Shown here: in pieces, positions 11,172 through 23,648 of the stretch
Layout of the letters: each line of letters opens with the position of its first letter
How positions within the stretch are numbered: the first letter of the stretch is position 1
DNA from: Tubulanus polymorphus
Lineage: Eukaryota > Animalia > Nemertea
Assembly: GCF_964204645.1 (NCBI RefSeq)
Contig: NC_134032.1
Coordinates: 5,506,275 to 5,570,274, forward strand
Reading direction: 5' to 3'
DNA length: 64,000 bases
Made by a program: the position numbers and the translations under genes
The notes under the pieces: generated by a model
The model's database searches: none
What the model was told of the DNA's origin: nothing
Seen by the model: the letters and a program-made list of their open reading frames with translations, nothing else

Positions 11172-13945
11172 ATGGAAGCAAATAAGTACTACTGTCCAAC
11201 ATGTAATATCAATATAGATAAATCCCAAAAAGCAAGACACAATAAAACTAAAACACATTTAGAGAATAAATTGAAACTAGAATATAAAGATGATATATTA
11301 GAAACTAAATTAGATGAATTAAAGAATGAAAAAGAAACATATAAATGTGATACATGTAATCAATCATTCAGTGATAAAAGACATTATAAAGAACATTTAA
11401 AATCTAAAAGTCATATTAGAAATAAGAACAATGATATTTTAGGTGAAGATTATTTTGATAAAGATAATGATAAGAAACAGAAGACAATTAAAAGCATAAA
11501 AAATAAATTAAACAATAAAAGACCATACATGGAAGATGTAAGAAAATATATTAATTTATTGGATAATAAATAAGATATAGAGATAACCGAAGCATTTAAA
11601 AGTGATATTGGCCCAGCAGCTATCGAGTTTAAATTTCATAAAGGTAAAACATTAGAAGAAAATAAAAAACATTTAGAAAATATGAAAGAAATGATAAAAA
11701 TAATTACAGATGTTGAATATCCTAAAATTAGTATATCTTCTAAAGTAAAGTTTATAAAATCTGAAGATAAACCAATATATAATATAAATTATAATGAAGT
11801 AAAAACTAAAATAGAAGAGAAATATTTTGAAGGATCTGGTTTAATATTTGATGAAATAATATTTATGACTTTACATGTTTATCACACAAAATATAATAAG
11901 TTAACTAAATCAAAACCAATTGATGAAAATAATGTATCATATTATAAAGAACCAGATATTGAAGCATCGAGTTATATTAAACTACCATTTAAAACTTATG
12001 CTGTTATAAATGTACAAAATGAAGATGATAAATGTTTTCTATGGACTATAATAAGTTGTTTACATCCTGCTACTTATAATATTTGTAGATTAACTCATTA
12101 TAAACAATTTGAAAATAATTATAAGATAGATAAGTATCCTGTTATAATTGAAAACATCCCAAAAATAGAAAGAGATAATAATATAAAGATAAATGTATTT
12201 GATTTAATCAAATTACCAAATACAAAAGGTAACAATATAAAACATTATACATTAGAACCTTTATACCTATCAAAAGATTATGATTCAAATGATGTTATAG
12301 ATATATTATATTATGAGAATCATTATATGTGGATTAAACAAATCGATTTATTTTTTAAATCAGAAAATGATCACCATAAAATATATCTATGTAGAAAATG
12401 TTTACATAGATTCAGTAATGAAAGTACATTATTAAATCATAAACAATTATGTGAAAATCATGATTATTGTAAATTAGTTTTACCAAATGAAAAGGATAAA
12501 ATATTAGAATTTAAAAAATATTATTACAAAAATAAAGTACCATTTGTAATATATGGAGATTTTGAATCATTAAATAAAGAACTAACTGATCATGATAGAA
12601 AAGAAAATATTATAAAAGAAAGAAATTAAATTCTAATGAAAATGATTATTCTGAAGAACCACCAAAAACAAATACTATTAAAAAGATTCATCAATCAGCT
12701 GCAGCTTTCGGGTTATATATAAAATCTGATTATCCAGAACTAATTGAAAGTGAATATTATCATTACAGAAATGAAAATGTTATCAATCATTTTTGTGACT
12801 TATTAATTGAATATGAAATAAGATTTAGTAAATCATTGAATACAAATATAGAAATTATAATGACAGAAAAAGATAAAGAAGAATTTGCGTTTGCAGATAA
12901 ATGTTATTATTGTGAAAAGATATTTAATTATATAGATAAAAAAGTAAGAGACCATGATCATTTGAACGGAAAGTTTAGAGGCGCTGCACATGAGAATTGT
13001 AACTTACAAGCTAAGAAAATTAACTTTGTTCCAGTTATATTTCATAATCTATCAGGATATGATGCACATCTATTCATCAAACAGTTATGTCATAAAATAG
13101 AAGAAATTAATAATGAAATAGAAAGATTAAATTCAAATAGATCAAAAGATAAAATACCAACTTATAAATTTAGAATGTTAGCTAAAACATCTGAGAATTA
13201 TATATCATTCCAATTTGGTTGCCTAAGATTTATAGATTCATATAGAGTTTTAAATAGTTCATTAGATAACTTATCAAAATCATTAGTTGATGATGAATTG
13301 AAAATATTAAAACAACAGTATCCAAATAATGATGATTTTAAATTAATGAGATATAAAGGCGCAATTCCATATTCATTTTATAAATCACATAATGATTTCA
13401 ATATAACTGAATTAAAAAATGAATATGTTAAAGATGAAGTCTATAATAGAACATTGAATATTTGGAATCATTTCAAAATAGAAAATCATGGGCAATTAGT
13501 AGATTTATATTTAAAATCAGATGTATTATTATTAACCGATATATTCGAAAGGTTTAGAGATGTAAACCTAAAATATTTTAACATTGATCCTTGTCATTGT
13601 TATTCTAGTCCAGGCTTAACATGGGATTGTGGATTAGAATTTACAGATATAAAAATGGATTTGTTAACAAATATAGATCAATTACTATTATTTGAAAAAT
13701 CTATAAGAGGAGGAGTTTCAGGTGTATTAGGTGATAGATATTTCAATGTAAATGATAACCCAGGATATAAGTTATTATATATAGATGCAAATAATTTGTA
13801 TGGTTTGGCAATGATGGATAAAAGATATAATCTGGATGATGGAATTCATACAGTTCCTTATGGATGTAATTTAGATGAATACTTAAAATTTAAAAGAGAA
13901 GAAACAAAAGAGAACGAGATAATGAAAAGAATTATAACGTGTTAA
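11172..13945 (+). pseudogene. polB: Protein-primed PolB with native N-terminus; stop, frameshift and a ~1-kb deletion removing motifs B and C
   Basis: N-terminal C2H2-type fingers, NEDDKCFLW, EndoVII-like RDHDH, FHNLSGYD, and YIDANNLYG joined directly to DKRY. Confidence 0.92.
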
Positions 13946-13974
13946 TCAAATTTTAATAAAAATATGTTATTAAA

Positions 13975-14328
13975 ATGGAGAGTAAACAAACACACAGTGA
14001 GATCAACAAATCATTTCTAGATAGAATTAAAGATATAACAAATGTAAAATCTGTAGATTATAAATTCAAAAAGTTAACAGAATTAACAATCCATAAGAAA
14101 TATCTAATTACAAATATTGATACAGTTACTAATAACTATGGAGATAAATTAGTTATACACTTAGAATATGAAGGATTAAAAGGAAATACATATAAATTCA
14201 GAACATATTTACCAGATAGATTTCATAGATTATCAAGTGAAGACTTAGGAGAATTATGTTCTGGTGATTTCTATTTCGTATACAAAGGTAAGAATGAAAA
14301 AGGGCACCATGAAATAGATTTCGAATAA
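13975..14328 (+). CDS. 117-aa protein, putative OB-fold/ssDNA-binding protein
   Basis: Intact and conserved in three copies, directly after PolB; beta-rich pattern (fold is inference). Confidence 0.6.
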   Translation: MESKQTHSEINKSFLDRIKDITNVKSVDYKFKKLTELTIHKKYLITNIDTVTNNYGDKLVIHLEYEGLKGNTYKFRTYLPDRFHRLSSEDLGELCSGDFYFVYKGKNEKGHHEIDFE

Positions 14329-14345
14329 GAAAATATGTAAAATAA

Positions 14346-15099
14346 ATGGTAGAATTAAAAGAATACAGAATATTTGTTGATTCAAGAAGGCTTACAAATT
14401 ATAAATCTCATAATTTACTAGTTCAATTAGATAGAGAATTTAAGAATTGTGTTGATTTAAAATTAGTAAATATAAGTTTATGTAATTCTTTTTATAATAT
14501 AACGGATAAAACTATTGAAGATAATGCTTTTATGATTCATATTAGAAATGTAAATAAATGGTTTCACCTAATTTTAAAACAAGGATTATATAATTTAGAA
14601 ACATTAGCTCAAGAAATTAATAGAAGAGCACGGTTGAAAATTAGAAGATAAATTTTTAATTAGATTTATAAAAAGTGATAGCACAAATAAAATTAAAATA
14701 AAGGTATATGATGAAAGTCAACATGCATTTATGGTGAAAAAACCTATAGCTAAACTGTTAGGAATTGCACCAGATACTGTTACAGGAAACGTAGATGGTA
14801 ATTCAAATATAATACCTTTTACACACTTTTATATTTATTGCAATTTAATCGAGCCTACAAAAACATTCGAAGCAACTAAAGATACAATTTGTAATTCTAG
14901 TATATTAAATATTTTACCATTAAAAAATGTTAAACAATTTGGAACTCAAATGAATTATAATTTAACAGAATGTGATTTTAAACCCTGCATTCCTAAATTT
15001 AATAATTTTAAATTAGAAATAAGAAATCACAATGGATATTTAATTGATTTGAATAACTTTCCTGTAATTTATGAATTAGTTATAAGATGTAAAGAGTAA
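14346..15099 (+). pseudogene. Minor capsid protein (penton), frameshifted
   Basis: IFVDSR...NSFYNI N-terminus and YIYCNLI...ILPL...LEIRNHNGYLIDLNNFPVIYEL C-terminus are typical of Polinton/PLV pentons. Confidence 0.75.
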
Positions 15100-15115
15100 T
15101 TTTTTCACTATATAA

Positions 15116-15472
15116 ATGAATATAACTGTTGGACCGAGTATATGTTTTGAGTTTGATTTTAAACATGAGAAAGAAATGAAATTTAACATTAATGATGTAA
15201 TTACACATATCAAAAATATTGCATTTTCTAATGAAACAACATTTGAGTATGAAACAACAATAGATAAAGAAACTTTAAATGTAGAAAAGATTACTAATTT
15301 AATTAGAGAATCTTTAAGATTTTATGAATTAGATGAAGATTTTATCATCGATGATATTAAAAAAATTATAATTGAAATATATACAAATGAAACTAGTAAT
15401 GAAATAAATGTTGAATTAATCATAAATAAGTTAACTAAATATTTTGATGATAGTAATTTTTTTGATAGATAA
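15116..15472 (+). CDS. Hypothetical acidic protein (118 aa)
   Basis: Homologues at 26136-26477 and 44411-44752; central part variable. Confidence 0.7.
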   Translation: MNITVGPSICFEFDFKHEKEMKFNINDVITHIKNIAFSNETTFEYETTIDKETLNVEKITNLIRESLRFYELDEDFIIDDIKKIIIEIYTNETSNEINVELIINKLTKYFDDSNFFDR

Positions 15473-15694
15473 ATGAGTGATAATAAGTGGATAATAACTG
15501 GATTATATAATGGCGCATTACTATCAGTTGGAACTGTTGGTTATTCAATGGTATTAAAAAAAGTATTCAAAATGGGAAGTGTTAATGTTGATAGATTTGA
15601 TATAAATGATATTTTAAAATTAACGTTAGCAGTTACTTTATCTAATTTAACTATTGATTATTTGGAAAAACAAAAATATATTCCTCCTATATAA
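15473..15694 (+). CDS. Small membrane protein (73 aa)
   Basis: Identical protein in three copies; two hydrophobic segments. Confidence 0.75.
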   Translation: MSDNKWIITGLYNGALLSVGTVGYSMVLKKVFKMGSVNVDRFDINDILKLTLAVTLSNLTIDYLEKQKYIPPI

Positions 15695-15718
15695 ATGCGT
15701 AATTATTTTACTAATTAA

Positions 15719-16141
15719 ATGGCTTCTGCAGTTATAACTATTATAGGATCGGCAATTGTTAACGCTTTAGCATTTACTGGTGGTGGTTATTTATTTAAAC
15801 ATATTGATAAAAATGGATCATTAACAGAACAAAAAAGACATAACTTAGCATTAGAGAAATACAATAAAGCAGCAGAAGAATATAGAGAAAAGAGACAAAA
15901 CTATATGGATTATATTAACAAGGAATTATATGATCAGAAGATTTCACATAGAGATTTTCAATCAGTTGATGATGCAATGAGTTTATATAACGCGGTAACC
16001 AATAAAGAAAAATTACATCTATACAAACCTAAATTATCAGATTATTATACCCCGAGTAAAGAACAACAGAAATATGAAATAATATGGATTTTAGGCGGAA
16101 CAGTTATTGTTATATTTGTTGCTTATAAGTTTACTAATTAG
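15719..16141 (+). CDS. Membrane/coiled-coil protein (140 aa)
   Basis: Hydrophobic N-terminus, EQKRHNLALEKY motif, C-terminal TM; intact in three copies. Confidence 0.75.
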   Translation: MASAVITIIGSAIVNALAFTGGGYLFKHIDKNGSLTEQKRHNLALEKYNKAAEEYREKRQNYMDYINKELYDQKISHRDFQSVDDAMSLYNAVTNKEKLHLYKPKLSDYYTPSKEQQKYEIIWILGGTVIVIFVAYKFTN

Positions 16142-16161
16142 TAATTTTTTTTGCTAAATAA

Positions 16162-16596
16162 ATGGAAGATAAAGTTTATAATATTGATATTATTCCTCAT
16201 GATATAAATAAAACTAAATTAAAAACATATTTAGAAAAACAAATATTAGAATTTGAAAGTGACTTAAAAGTTAAAAAGAAAAAATATTTAAAAAGTGAAA
16301 TTATATATTATTTGATTATAAGTGGTTCGGTTACAATTAGTTCTGTAATAACATTTCTAGCAATATTCAGTCCATTAACACCTTTAGCTATATCAATTGG
16401 CGTATTAGGATTAAGTTCAAGTGTTTTAACTGGTATAAGTTCAAAATTAAATATAAAAAGTAATAAAGAAAAAATTAAAACTTATATAAAAGAGATTAAT
16501 AAATTAAAGAATACACTAGATTATATAATAAGTTTAAATGGTCATATAACAGTTGAAGAACAAGATAAATTATTAAAAGAATTAATAAATTATTGA
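16162..16596 (+). CDS. Two-TM coiled-coil protein (144 aa)
   Basis: Central hydrophobic hairpin flanked by basic helices; intact in three copies. Confidence 0.75.
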   Translation: MEDKVYNIDIIPHDINKTKLKTYLEKQILEFESDLKVKKKKYLKSEIIYYLIISGSVTISSVITFLAIFSPLTPLAISIGVLGLSSSVLTGISSKLNIKSNKEKIKTYIKEINKLKNTLDYIISLNGHITVEEQDKLLKELINY

Positions 16597-16612
16597 TTTT
16601 TTAATTATATAA

Positions 16613-17244
16613 ATGGCAGATAGTTTTCCAAAAGCTTTCCAATATAATAAATCAATTTAATATAATATTCCAGCAATAGATTTTAATAAAGATATTACAT
16701 ATAGAAATGAAGTTTTAAATTCATTAATTGATTTATATATTTATGTTACTGAAAGTAATAATTTTCATGTAAAGATGGAAAATATATTTCATGTGTATAC
16801 AATTAATTTCAAAAATTTAAATGAGGCAAAACAATGGTTATTAAAATCTAATATGAAGTATTGGCAGAACCAATTAAATTTTGCTGTTTATTGCGCAATA
16901 AAAATGTGGAATTAGTTGGAATGATCATTTAAACAAACCACGTTTACCATTGATGTTATCACTTTTTAGATTTCATACATATTTTCAAATAAATTAATAT
17001 TAGATGAATTAGAATGTCCTTTACCAGGTTCAAAATATTTTAAAGAATTGAATAATAATATTAATTTTTCTAAGTTTTATAAAATATGTAATGAATTTAA
17101 TATTAATTCAAATAAAGATTTTAGAGCAAAAATTGGAACAATGGGTGGATTAGGAATATTATATACTAAAGAATTTGGAAAAATAATGACAAATTCAGAT
17201 ATAAGAACACTAAATTGGAATGAATTACCAAAATATTATAATAA
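16613..17244 (+). pseudogene. WQNQLNF-family protein, 5' part, disrupted
   Basis: MADSFPKAFQY...MKYWQNQLNFAVYC matches 42645-43271. Confidence 0.75.
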
Positions 17245-17770
17245 AGTAATAAAATATTTTAAGATTTATGAAGAGGCAAGATTATCCCGAATAAATGATT
17301 CTATTTAAGATGGTATTGTCAAATGTTATTCAAAATTATGTAACCAGTTAATACCAATTGATGATGATTAATTAAATTATATAATGATTTGAAAAATGAC
17401 TACTTAGTTATGACTGAATTACAAAAATGGGTTGGATACGCTTCATTTCAATAAGGATCGGTGATGACATTAATTTCTACTGAATATAAATGAATCACAG
17501 AAATTATCTGATATTGATTCGAATGATAATCCATCTGATTCTTCTAATGCTGGAAGTAATTATGAATTATATATTACAATTGGATTAGTAACAGTTATTA
17601 TATTATCCGGTGTAATATATAAATCAAAATTCAAATCTGATGATAAAGATGATTCCAATGATGATCGGAAACTTAGTTATCCGTGTACAGACAATAAACC
17701 TATTATACCAGAAAATAAGTCAAATGATAAAGTCATTGAAAATAAACCAAGATTATTATTAATGGATTAA
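17241..17770 (+). pseudogene. Remnants of the two hypothetical genes upstream of integrase
   Basis: KVIKYFKIYEEARL... and ...PRLLLMD match 32153-33152, with stops and a deletion. Confidence 0.75.
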
Positions 17771-17776
17771 AATAAG

Positions 17777-18808
17777 ATGAAAAAAGAACAATATTTAAGA
17801 GATTTATATTATAACCCAGAAAGTGAAGTATCATATTCTAACGTTACAGAATTATGGAATAAAATTAAATCTGATAATGGTGGTATAAAATATAGTGAAT
17901 TAAAATCATTAACAAGAAAAGTTATGGTTTCATATATCGATCAACAATGGCAAGCAGATTTTATTGACATGAAGAACTTAGAAGAATACAACAAAGGATA
18001 TTTCTGGATACTGAATGTTATAGACATATTCAGTAGATACGCATGGTCAATTCCAATCAAAAATAAAACTGGAATAGAAGTAACAAATGCTTTTAAATCT
18101 ATATTTAAAGAAGCTATTCCAGATAAGATACAATTAGATGAAGGTAAGGAATTTTATAACAAACATTTCAAAAAACTATTATCTGATAACGATGTAGATT
18201 ATTTTTCAACGCATTCAGATAAAAAAGCATCTATTATAGAAAGATTTAATAAAACATTGAAAACTAGAATGTGGAAATATTTTACTGCTAATGAAACATA
18301 TAAATATATCGATGTGTTAGATGATTTAGTGAAAGGTTATAATAATTCTAAACATAGTTCTATAAATATGAAACCTATACAAGCTAGCAAAGAAGATAAT
18401 TCGGAAATAGTTTGGAATAATTTATATGGTGCGTTTGTTACACATGATTTCGGAGAACCTAAATTTAAAATTGGACAACACGTAAGAATATCTAAATATA
18501 GAAAAACCTTTTATAAAGGTTATACTCCAAATTTTACAGAAGAAATATTTAAGATTAAAAAGATGATATTAACTAAACCGTTTGTTTATAAATTAGAAGA
18601 TCTAAAAGATGAAGAAATATTAGGTTATTTCTATGAACAAGAATTATCACTTGTACCAAATCCAGATGAAATAGAATACAAAATAGAAAAAGTATTGAAA
18701 ACAAAAACTCTTAAAGGAAAAAAGTATTCTTTGGTGAAATATAAAGGATACGATGATAAATTTAATGAATGGATTTTATCTAGTAAAATTAAAAGAATAA
18801 ATGAATAA
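17777..18808 (+). CDS. Retroviral-like (rve, DDE) integrase with C-terminal chromodomain; small in-frame deletion near the N-terminus
   Basis: QWQAD, QLDEGKEF and IERFNKTLK catalytic motifs; YKIEKVLK...LVKYKGY...NEWI chromodomain. Confidence 0.92.
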   Translation: MKKEQYLRDLYYNPESEVSYSNVTELWNKIKSDNGGIKYSELKSLTRKVMVSYIDQQWQADFIDMKNLEEYNKGYFWILNVIDIFSRYAWSIPIKNKTGIEVTNAFKSIFKEAIPDKIQLDEGKEFYNKHFKKLLSDNDVDYFSTHSDKKASIIERFNKTLKTRMWKYFTANETYKYIDVLDDLVKGYNNSKHSSINMKPIQASKEDNSEIVWNNLYGAFVTHDFGEPKFKIGQHVRISKYRKTFYKGYTPNFTEEIFKIKKMILTKPFVYKLEDLKDEEILGYFYEQELSLVPNPDEIEYKIEKVLKTKTLKGKKYSLVKYKGYDDKFNEWILSSKIKRINE

Positions 18809-19413
18809 AGATTTATTTTTTATTTGAACCGCATAATATGTTAGTTATTGGAGTAACCAATTGTGGTAAAACACATTTCATATTAGACTTGTTAGAAACT
18901 ATTTATAAGAATCATTTTGATAATATAATATTATTTTGTCCTACTTATGAAATGAATAAAACATATAATAGAGATATAGTTAAGATGAAAAAGTTTATTA
19001 TATTAAATCCTAAAACAGTAAAAGAAAATTTAGATAATTGTATTAAAATAGCAATTGATACTTATAAAGGATCAAATACATTATTTATCATAGATGATTG
19101 TGCTAATCTACATGATTCAAAAGTTAGAGAAAGTGAGTTATGTTATCTAGCTTTCTCTGGGAGACATTTCGGGATAACAACATGGGTTTTAAATCAAAAA
19201 TATAATTCAATTGTTAAAGACTTTAGGGAGAATATAAGATTTCTAGTTTTATTCTACAATAAAGATAGAAAATCTATGCAACAATCATTGGAAGAAAATC
19301 AAATTATACCTACTGAATTATATGATGAATATATGAATAAATTAAAGAATAATAAAGGTTCAAAATTATTACTGAGGCTTCAATTTCCATATGAATATAA
19401 GTTTATAAAATAA
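18801..19413 (+). CDS. A32/FtsK-like genome packaging ATPase (frameshift in a T-run near the start; ORF from 18838)
   Basis: Walker A GVTNCGKT, Walker B LFIIDD, GRH motif, NQ sensor. Confidence 0.9.
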
Positions 19414-19427
19414 CTATTTATATACCT

Positions 19428-19800
19428 ATGTATTAGATACCCTATTAGATACCCTAATACCTGGTACCCTAATACCTGATACCCTATTAGATACCTTTAA
19501 AACTTAAAACCCCCTTTTTTAAAATAAATATTATTTATGCAATTTTCAACCAATTTATTTTTATTATTTCAACTAATATATGAATAAGTTTGAAAATAAT
19601 AATGGTTATTTATTATTACTGAGGTTTCAACATAAATTTAAAAAAGAAATATAATTTAAGGTATTTTCAAATAATATGTATTAGATATGTATTAGATATG
19701 TATTAGATACCTTAAATACCTTAAATACTTAAAAACGCCTTTTTATTTTCTATTATTTTATACAATTTTCAACTAATATTATTATTTGAATTAAATATAA
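19428..19800. repeat. Inter-arm convergence region with duplicated TATTAGATA(C/T) repeat unit
   Basis: Homologous to 1707-2060. Confidence 0.7.
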
Positions 19801-19843
19801 TTAATATCTTAATCACTTTCACTATCAGACCCTAACAATTTAT

Positions 19844-20617
19844 TCAAACTCTCTCTACCGTATCATCATCAATAGTTGTTTTATTGTTATACTTATTCAT
19901 CCTTTCTACCGCATCATCAAAAGTTTCTTCTTTATCTTTCACCAAAAGTGTGTCCACATAATCTTTAATATCAATATCTGTAACTATATCACCATGTGGG
20001 TGCCATACGGCACCATTTTCATTATCATCTTTTTTAGTGTTTGCTCCTAATATTTCATTTACAATATTTGATCCTAATATTTTATTAGCATCAGTTAAAT
20101 CTAATTCATCTTTATTAGGTGTTGCTAATAATAAATCTTCATATAATTCTTTACCATTTACTTTTTTATTTGAAACAAATTTTGTAAAATATCTAAATGG
20201 GTGTTCTATAAATTCTTTTAAACCAACACGTTCTATAACATTAGTAATATGTGAATTTGTATTCATATGTTTATTCCAATTTGATGGAGCGTTTGAATAT
20301 TCATCTTTACAATAATCACAATAATTTCTATTTTCACTAACATTTAATATTATTGCATTATTAGATGTAGAAGGTATTACATTATTAGATGTAGTAGGTA
20401 TTACTGTAGTAGGTATTACATTATTATCAATTACATTACTTAAATTATCAACAACTTCACCTTTATTCGTATCGATTTCTATTAGTTTAGTTTTATAAAT
20501 TTTGAAAATAGGATCAAATATCAAAGCTATATTACAAGGTATTACATAATATAAACCATCACTATTTTCATGTGTATCGATGTATGGAATATGTTTATAT
20601 ACTTTACCTCCTTCCAT
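19844..20617 (-). CDS. MEGGKVY-family variable protein with one CxxC...H...H zinc finger
   Basis: 257-aa ORF; YCDYCKDEYSNAPSNWNKHMNTNSH; may be slightly 3'-truncated. Confidence 0.7.
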   Translation of the reverse strand: MEGGKVYKHIPYIDTHENSDGLYYVIPCNIALIFDPIFKIYKTKLIEIDTNKGEVVDNLSNVIDNNVIPTTVIPTTSNNVIPSTSNNAIILNVSENRNYCDYCKDEYSNAPSNWNKHMNTNSHITNVIERVGLKEFIEHPFRYFTKFVSNKKVNGKELYEDLLLATPNKDELDLTDANKILGSNIVNEILGANTKKDDNENGAVWHPHGDIVTDIDIKDYVDTLLVKDKEETFDDAVERMNKYNNKTTIDDDTVERV

Positions 20618-21897
20618 TTAATATAAGATTTTTTATTAAAGTTAAAATTATAATACATAACACTATTTAATTGAGAATTTACAATATTTAATTGCGCGTC
20701 AGATATAATATAAATGTGCATTTTAAAATTTTTGATTCCTTTATTCTTTGTCATGAATAATTGTATTCCATCTTTAGTGTTCTGTAGTTTTTTTCCAGAA
20801 CCATGTAATGAGTTATCCTCTGTTGTTCTAAAATCTAACCATAATGCATATTTATTACCGGTATAATAATCAATTTGATTAATGTTACAATTTTCAGATG
20901 ATTTTACTTTTTCATTCATAAAATGTTTTCTAATTTCTGGCCATTGATCTATCATTCTCATCCCTTGACAAAATATTTTATTTGCTATTCCTTCGATAGT
21001 TATTTCTACTTTTGTTATTTCAGGATTATAATAATTATCAACATTTATTGCACCATTTGTATATGTTGCAATGGTAAAAAATATTAATATACCTTTAATA
21101 GATCTTCTTGGGAAGTTAATATTCTCATTAATTATTTCATCAGTTGCATTAATAGTTACGGTTTTAAATTTATCAATATAATCATATAATAATGAAAATC
21201 CTTGATTGTATTGAGTTTGAATTATACTTGAAATATTTTCATCAGTTACTGTATCATATTCTAAACATATATTCGATAATTTATAACTCATATCTTTATT
21301 AACGCTAGATATTACAATTTCATTAACAGGAGCAAATGTTATCTCAAATATAACGTCTTCTTGAATTACATATTTATATAAAGGTGCATTATTATTTATC
21401 AATTCAAAGTCTAATGGAATTTTATATTTGCTTCCATATATACTTTTTATCAATTTATCTACAGCATTAGTTAATATTGCGCTATTAGCTTCTGATCTTA
21501 ATTTATTTTGGTTTTCTGATTGGATTCCTTGAAATATCATATTATTTCTATTTTCTTTAGTTAACCATAAATCTTTATAATGCATAAATAAATTATAATC
21601 ATCTAATGAGAAAACTGTTTCTGGACCAATCTTTATAGTTAATTTTTTAATCAAATATCTTCCAACATTATCAACAACATAATTATTATTATTACCGATT
21701 ACTTTTATATCGGCTGATGAATAAATACTATTTGGAACGTAAAAAGTATTTTGTGTTAATCGAGGGATTCTAACATATAAAGTTTCATCGGGATTAATAT
21801 TAGAAGGGTTATGAGTAATTATATGATGTGATCTTTCTGCTTTAATAGCATTAGATATTCTAGAAATCTTAGAAGGACTTATATAACTCCCACTCAT
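20542..21897 (-). CDS. Major capsid protein (double jelly-roll, hexon-like); stop codon mutated, native end about 20650
   Basis: Near-identical to 38856-40103; position and size as expected for a Polinton-type MCP. Confidence 0.85.
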   Translation of the reverse strand: MSGSYISPSKISRISNAIKAERSHHIITHNPSNINPDETLYVRIPRLTQNTFYVPNSIYSSADIKVIGNNNNYVVDNVGRYLIKKLTIKIGPETVFSLDDYNLFMHYKDLWLTKENRNNMIFQGIQSENQNKLRSEANSAILTNAVDKLIKSIYGSKYKIPLDFELINNNAPLYKYVIQEDVIFEITFAPVNEIVISSVNKDMSYKLSNICLEYDTVTDENISSIIQTQYNQGFSLLYDYIDKFKTVTINATDEIINENINFPRRSIKGILIFFTIATYTNGAINVDNYYNPEITKVEITIEGIANKIFCQGMRMIDQWPEIRKHFMNEKVKSSENCNINQIDYYTGNKYALWLDFRTTEDNSLHGSGKKLQNTKDGIQLFMTKNKGIKNFKMHIYIISDAQLNIVNSQLNSVMYYNFNFNKKSYIKWKEVKYINIFHTSIHMKIVMVYIM

Positions 21898-21937
21898 TTA
21901 TTAAACAAAAAAATTAATTATTTATTTTTTATCATGG

Positions 21938-23632
21938 TTACTTGATATTTTTTGATATCATATTTACTAACCCAAAAATAATAGCACTTACAACTGTAAT
22001 TACAAATAAAATAATATGTTCAGCAGCAAAGTTAATAATATTCCCTGCAGATTTCAATATAAAACCAACAATTGATGCAATAATTCCGGGTAATGCTGCA
22101 GCAGATTTTTTAGATAGTTCCCATAAATATTTTGCTAATTTCTTTAAACCATCCTTAACTTTATCTTGTATAGAATTATTATCTGGGGGTTTATCCGGTT
22201 TATTGGGAGTATGTGTAGATTTTAAAGCATTTGATATAGCTAAACCAATTGTTGTAAATAACATAGTTACAGCTGTTAGAATTGAAAGAATTGTTATTCC
22301 TTCTAATTTAAATAATAATTTTATTCTATCTTTTCATGATATTTTAGAATCTGATTTTATTATTAAATCTTTAAAAATAACTTTTAATTTTTTAATATGA
22401 TTAAGATCATATGATTTCAATAATATGTCACTTTCTTCTTTTTGTAATTTTATGTTATATTTTAAATCATCTATTTCTTTTTCTAAAGCTAACTTTCTGC
22501 TTTCATAATCAGCTTCCTCGATTGATTGAAGATTTTTATCTAATTTTAATTGTTCTAATTTTTCATTTGCAATAGCTAATTCTTTTTCTAACATGGTTAT
22601 TTTAGAAAATCTCATATTAATATTAGCATTTACATCGGCTGATTCTTGTATACCTTTAATTTCTCTACGTGTTTGTTCAGGAAATGTTTCTAATTCTTCA
22701 TCAGTTAATTTAAGAAATCCTTTTTCTAGTAAAGATTGTATTCGATTTATTCCAGTTTCAGTACCGGGCGTATCTAAAACACTTATCATATCTTCTTCAA
22801 ATGAATTCATTGTATCCAGTAAGTTATCTAAACGTTTTCCTAATTGTAATTGACTTGAATCATTATCAATTTGTTGAATATCTCTTCTCGATGTTTCTGG
22901 TGTTGAAGATCTTAATTTGTCTGATCGATCTCTATTCTCTTCCATTTCTGGATCAAAATCAGTAGGATTTGGATTTGGATTTTTAAATGGTGAATATTTG
23001 TTATGATCAATTTTAGGAATTGGTTTTTCTTTATTTATTCTATCGATTTCATTCCATATAATTCTGAGAAATTCTCTACCGCCTTTTGAACCTTCAATTG
23101 TAGATCTTGATCGCATTCCAGGTTCAAAAATATTTTCTTGACCCATTCTAGATAATTGAATTGATACATTTTTGTTATTTAATTCAACATTATAATACCA
23201 TGCATCATTTTTAAATTCTAAATTATTCATGAAAAATGGGTCATCTTTTAAAATTTGTTCTACAACACCTTCGGAACCAATTTCATCTATTTCATCATTT
23301 GGTAATAATACGTTAACAATTGTATATATTACTCCATTTTTCATTAATTTTAATTAATATTTCATAAGAGGATCAGTTGTATTTACTAATCTTTCCATTA
23401 AATCCTTTCTAGATGTTGCAGTTCTAATAACTAACCTTTCGGTAGCTGTCATATATTCTTTAAATTCTTTACGCGTTTCATAATCATAATCATCATCTTC
23501 ACCTAAATTAGTATTATATTCTGGCTCATTACCATCATTAAAACTTGTTTCACTAAAATCAGGTTGTTGTTCTTCAGTTATGCCGGGTTCATCAAAAGTA
23601 TCCATTCCAATATCTTCTCCACCTTCTGCCAT
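21938..23632 (-). pseudogene. Acidic/coiled-coil/TM protein, fragmented
   Basis: ORFs 23354-23632, 22334-23344 and 21938-22264 are homologous to 40143-41873. Confidence 0.75.
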
Positions 23633-23648
23633 TTACATAATGAAAAAA

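Larger units (their letters stand above)
11025..17244 (+). mobile_element. Polinton/adintovirus-like element, copy 3 (arm 1, from the subterminal sequence to the WQNQLNF gene)
   Basis: Same gene order as copies 4 and 5 in the opposite orientation; joins arm 2 of copy 4 via ATAA microhomology at 17241-17244. Confidence 0.9.

Noticed and set aside
20542-20650. C-terminally extended MCP as programmed readthrough
   Set aside because: A single stop-codon mutation in this copy; the other copies stop at VMY or IQY
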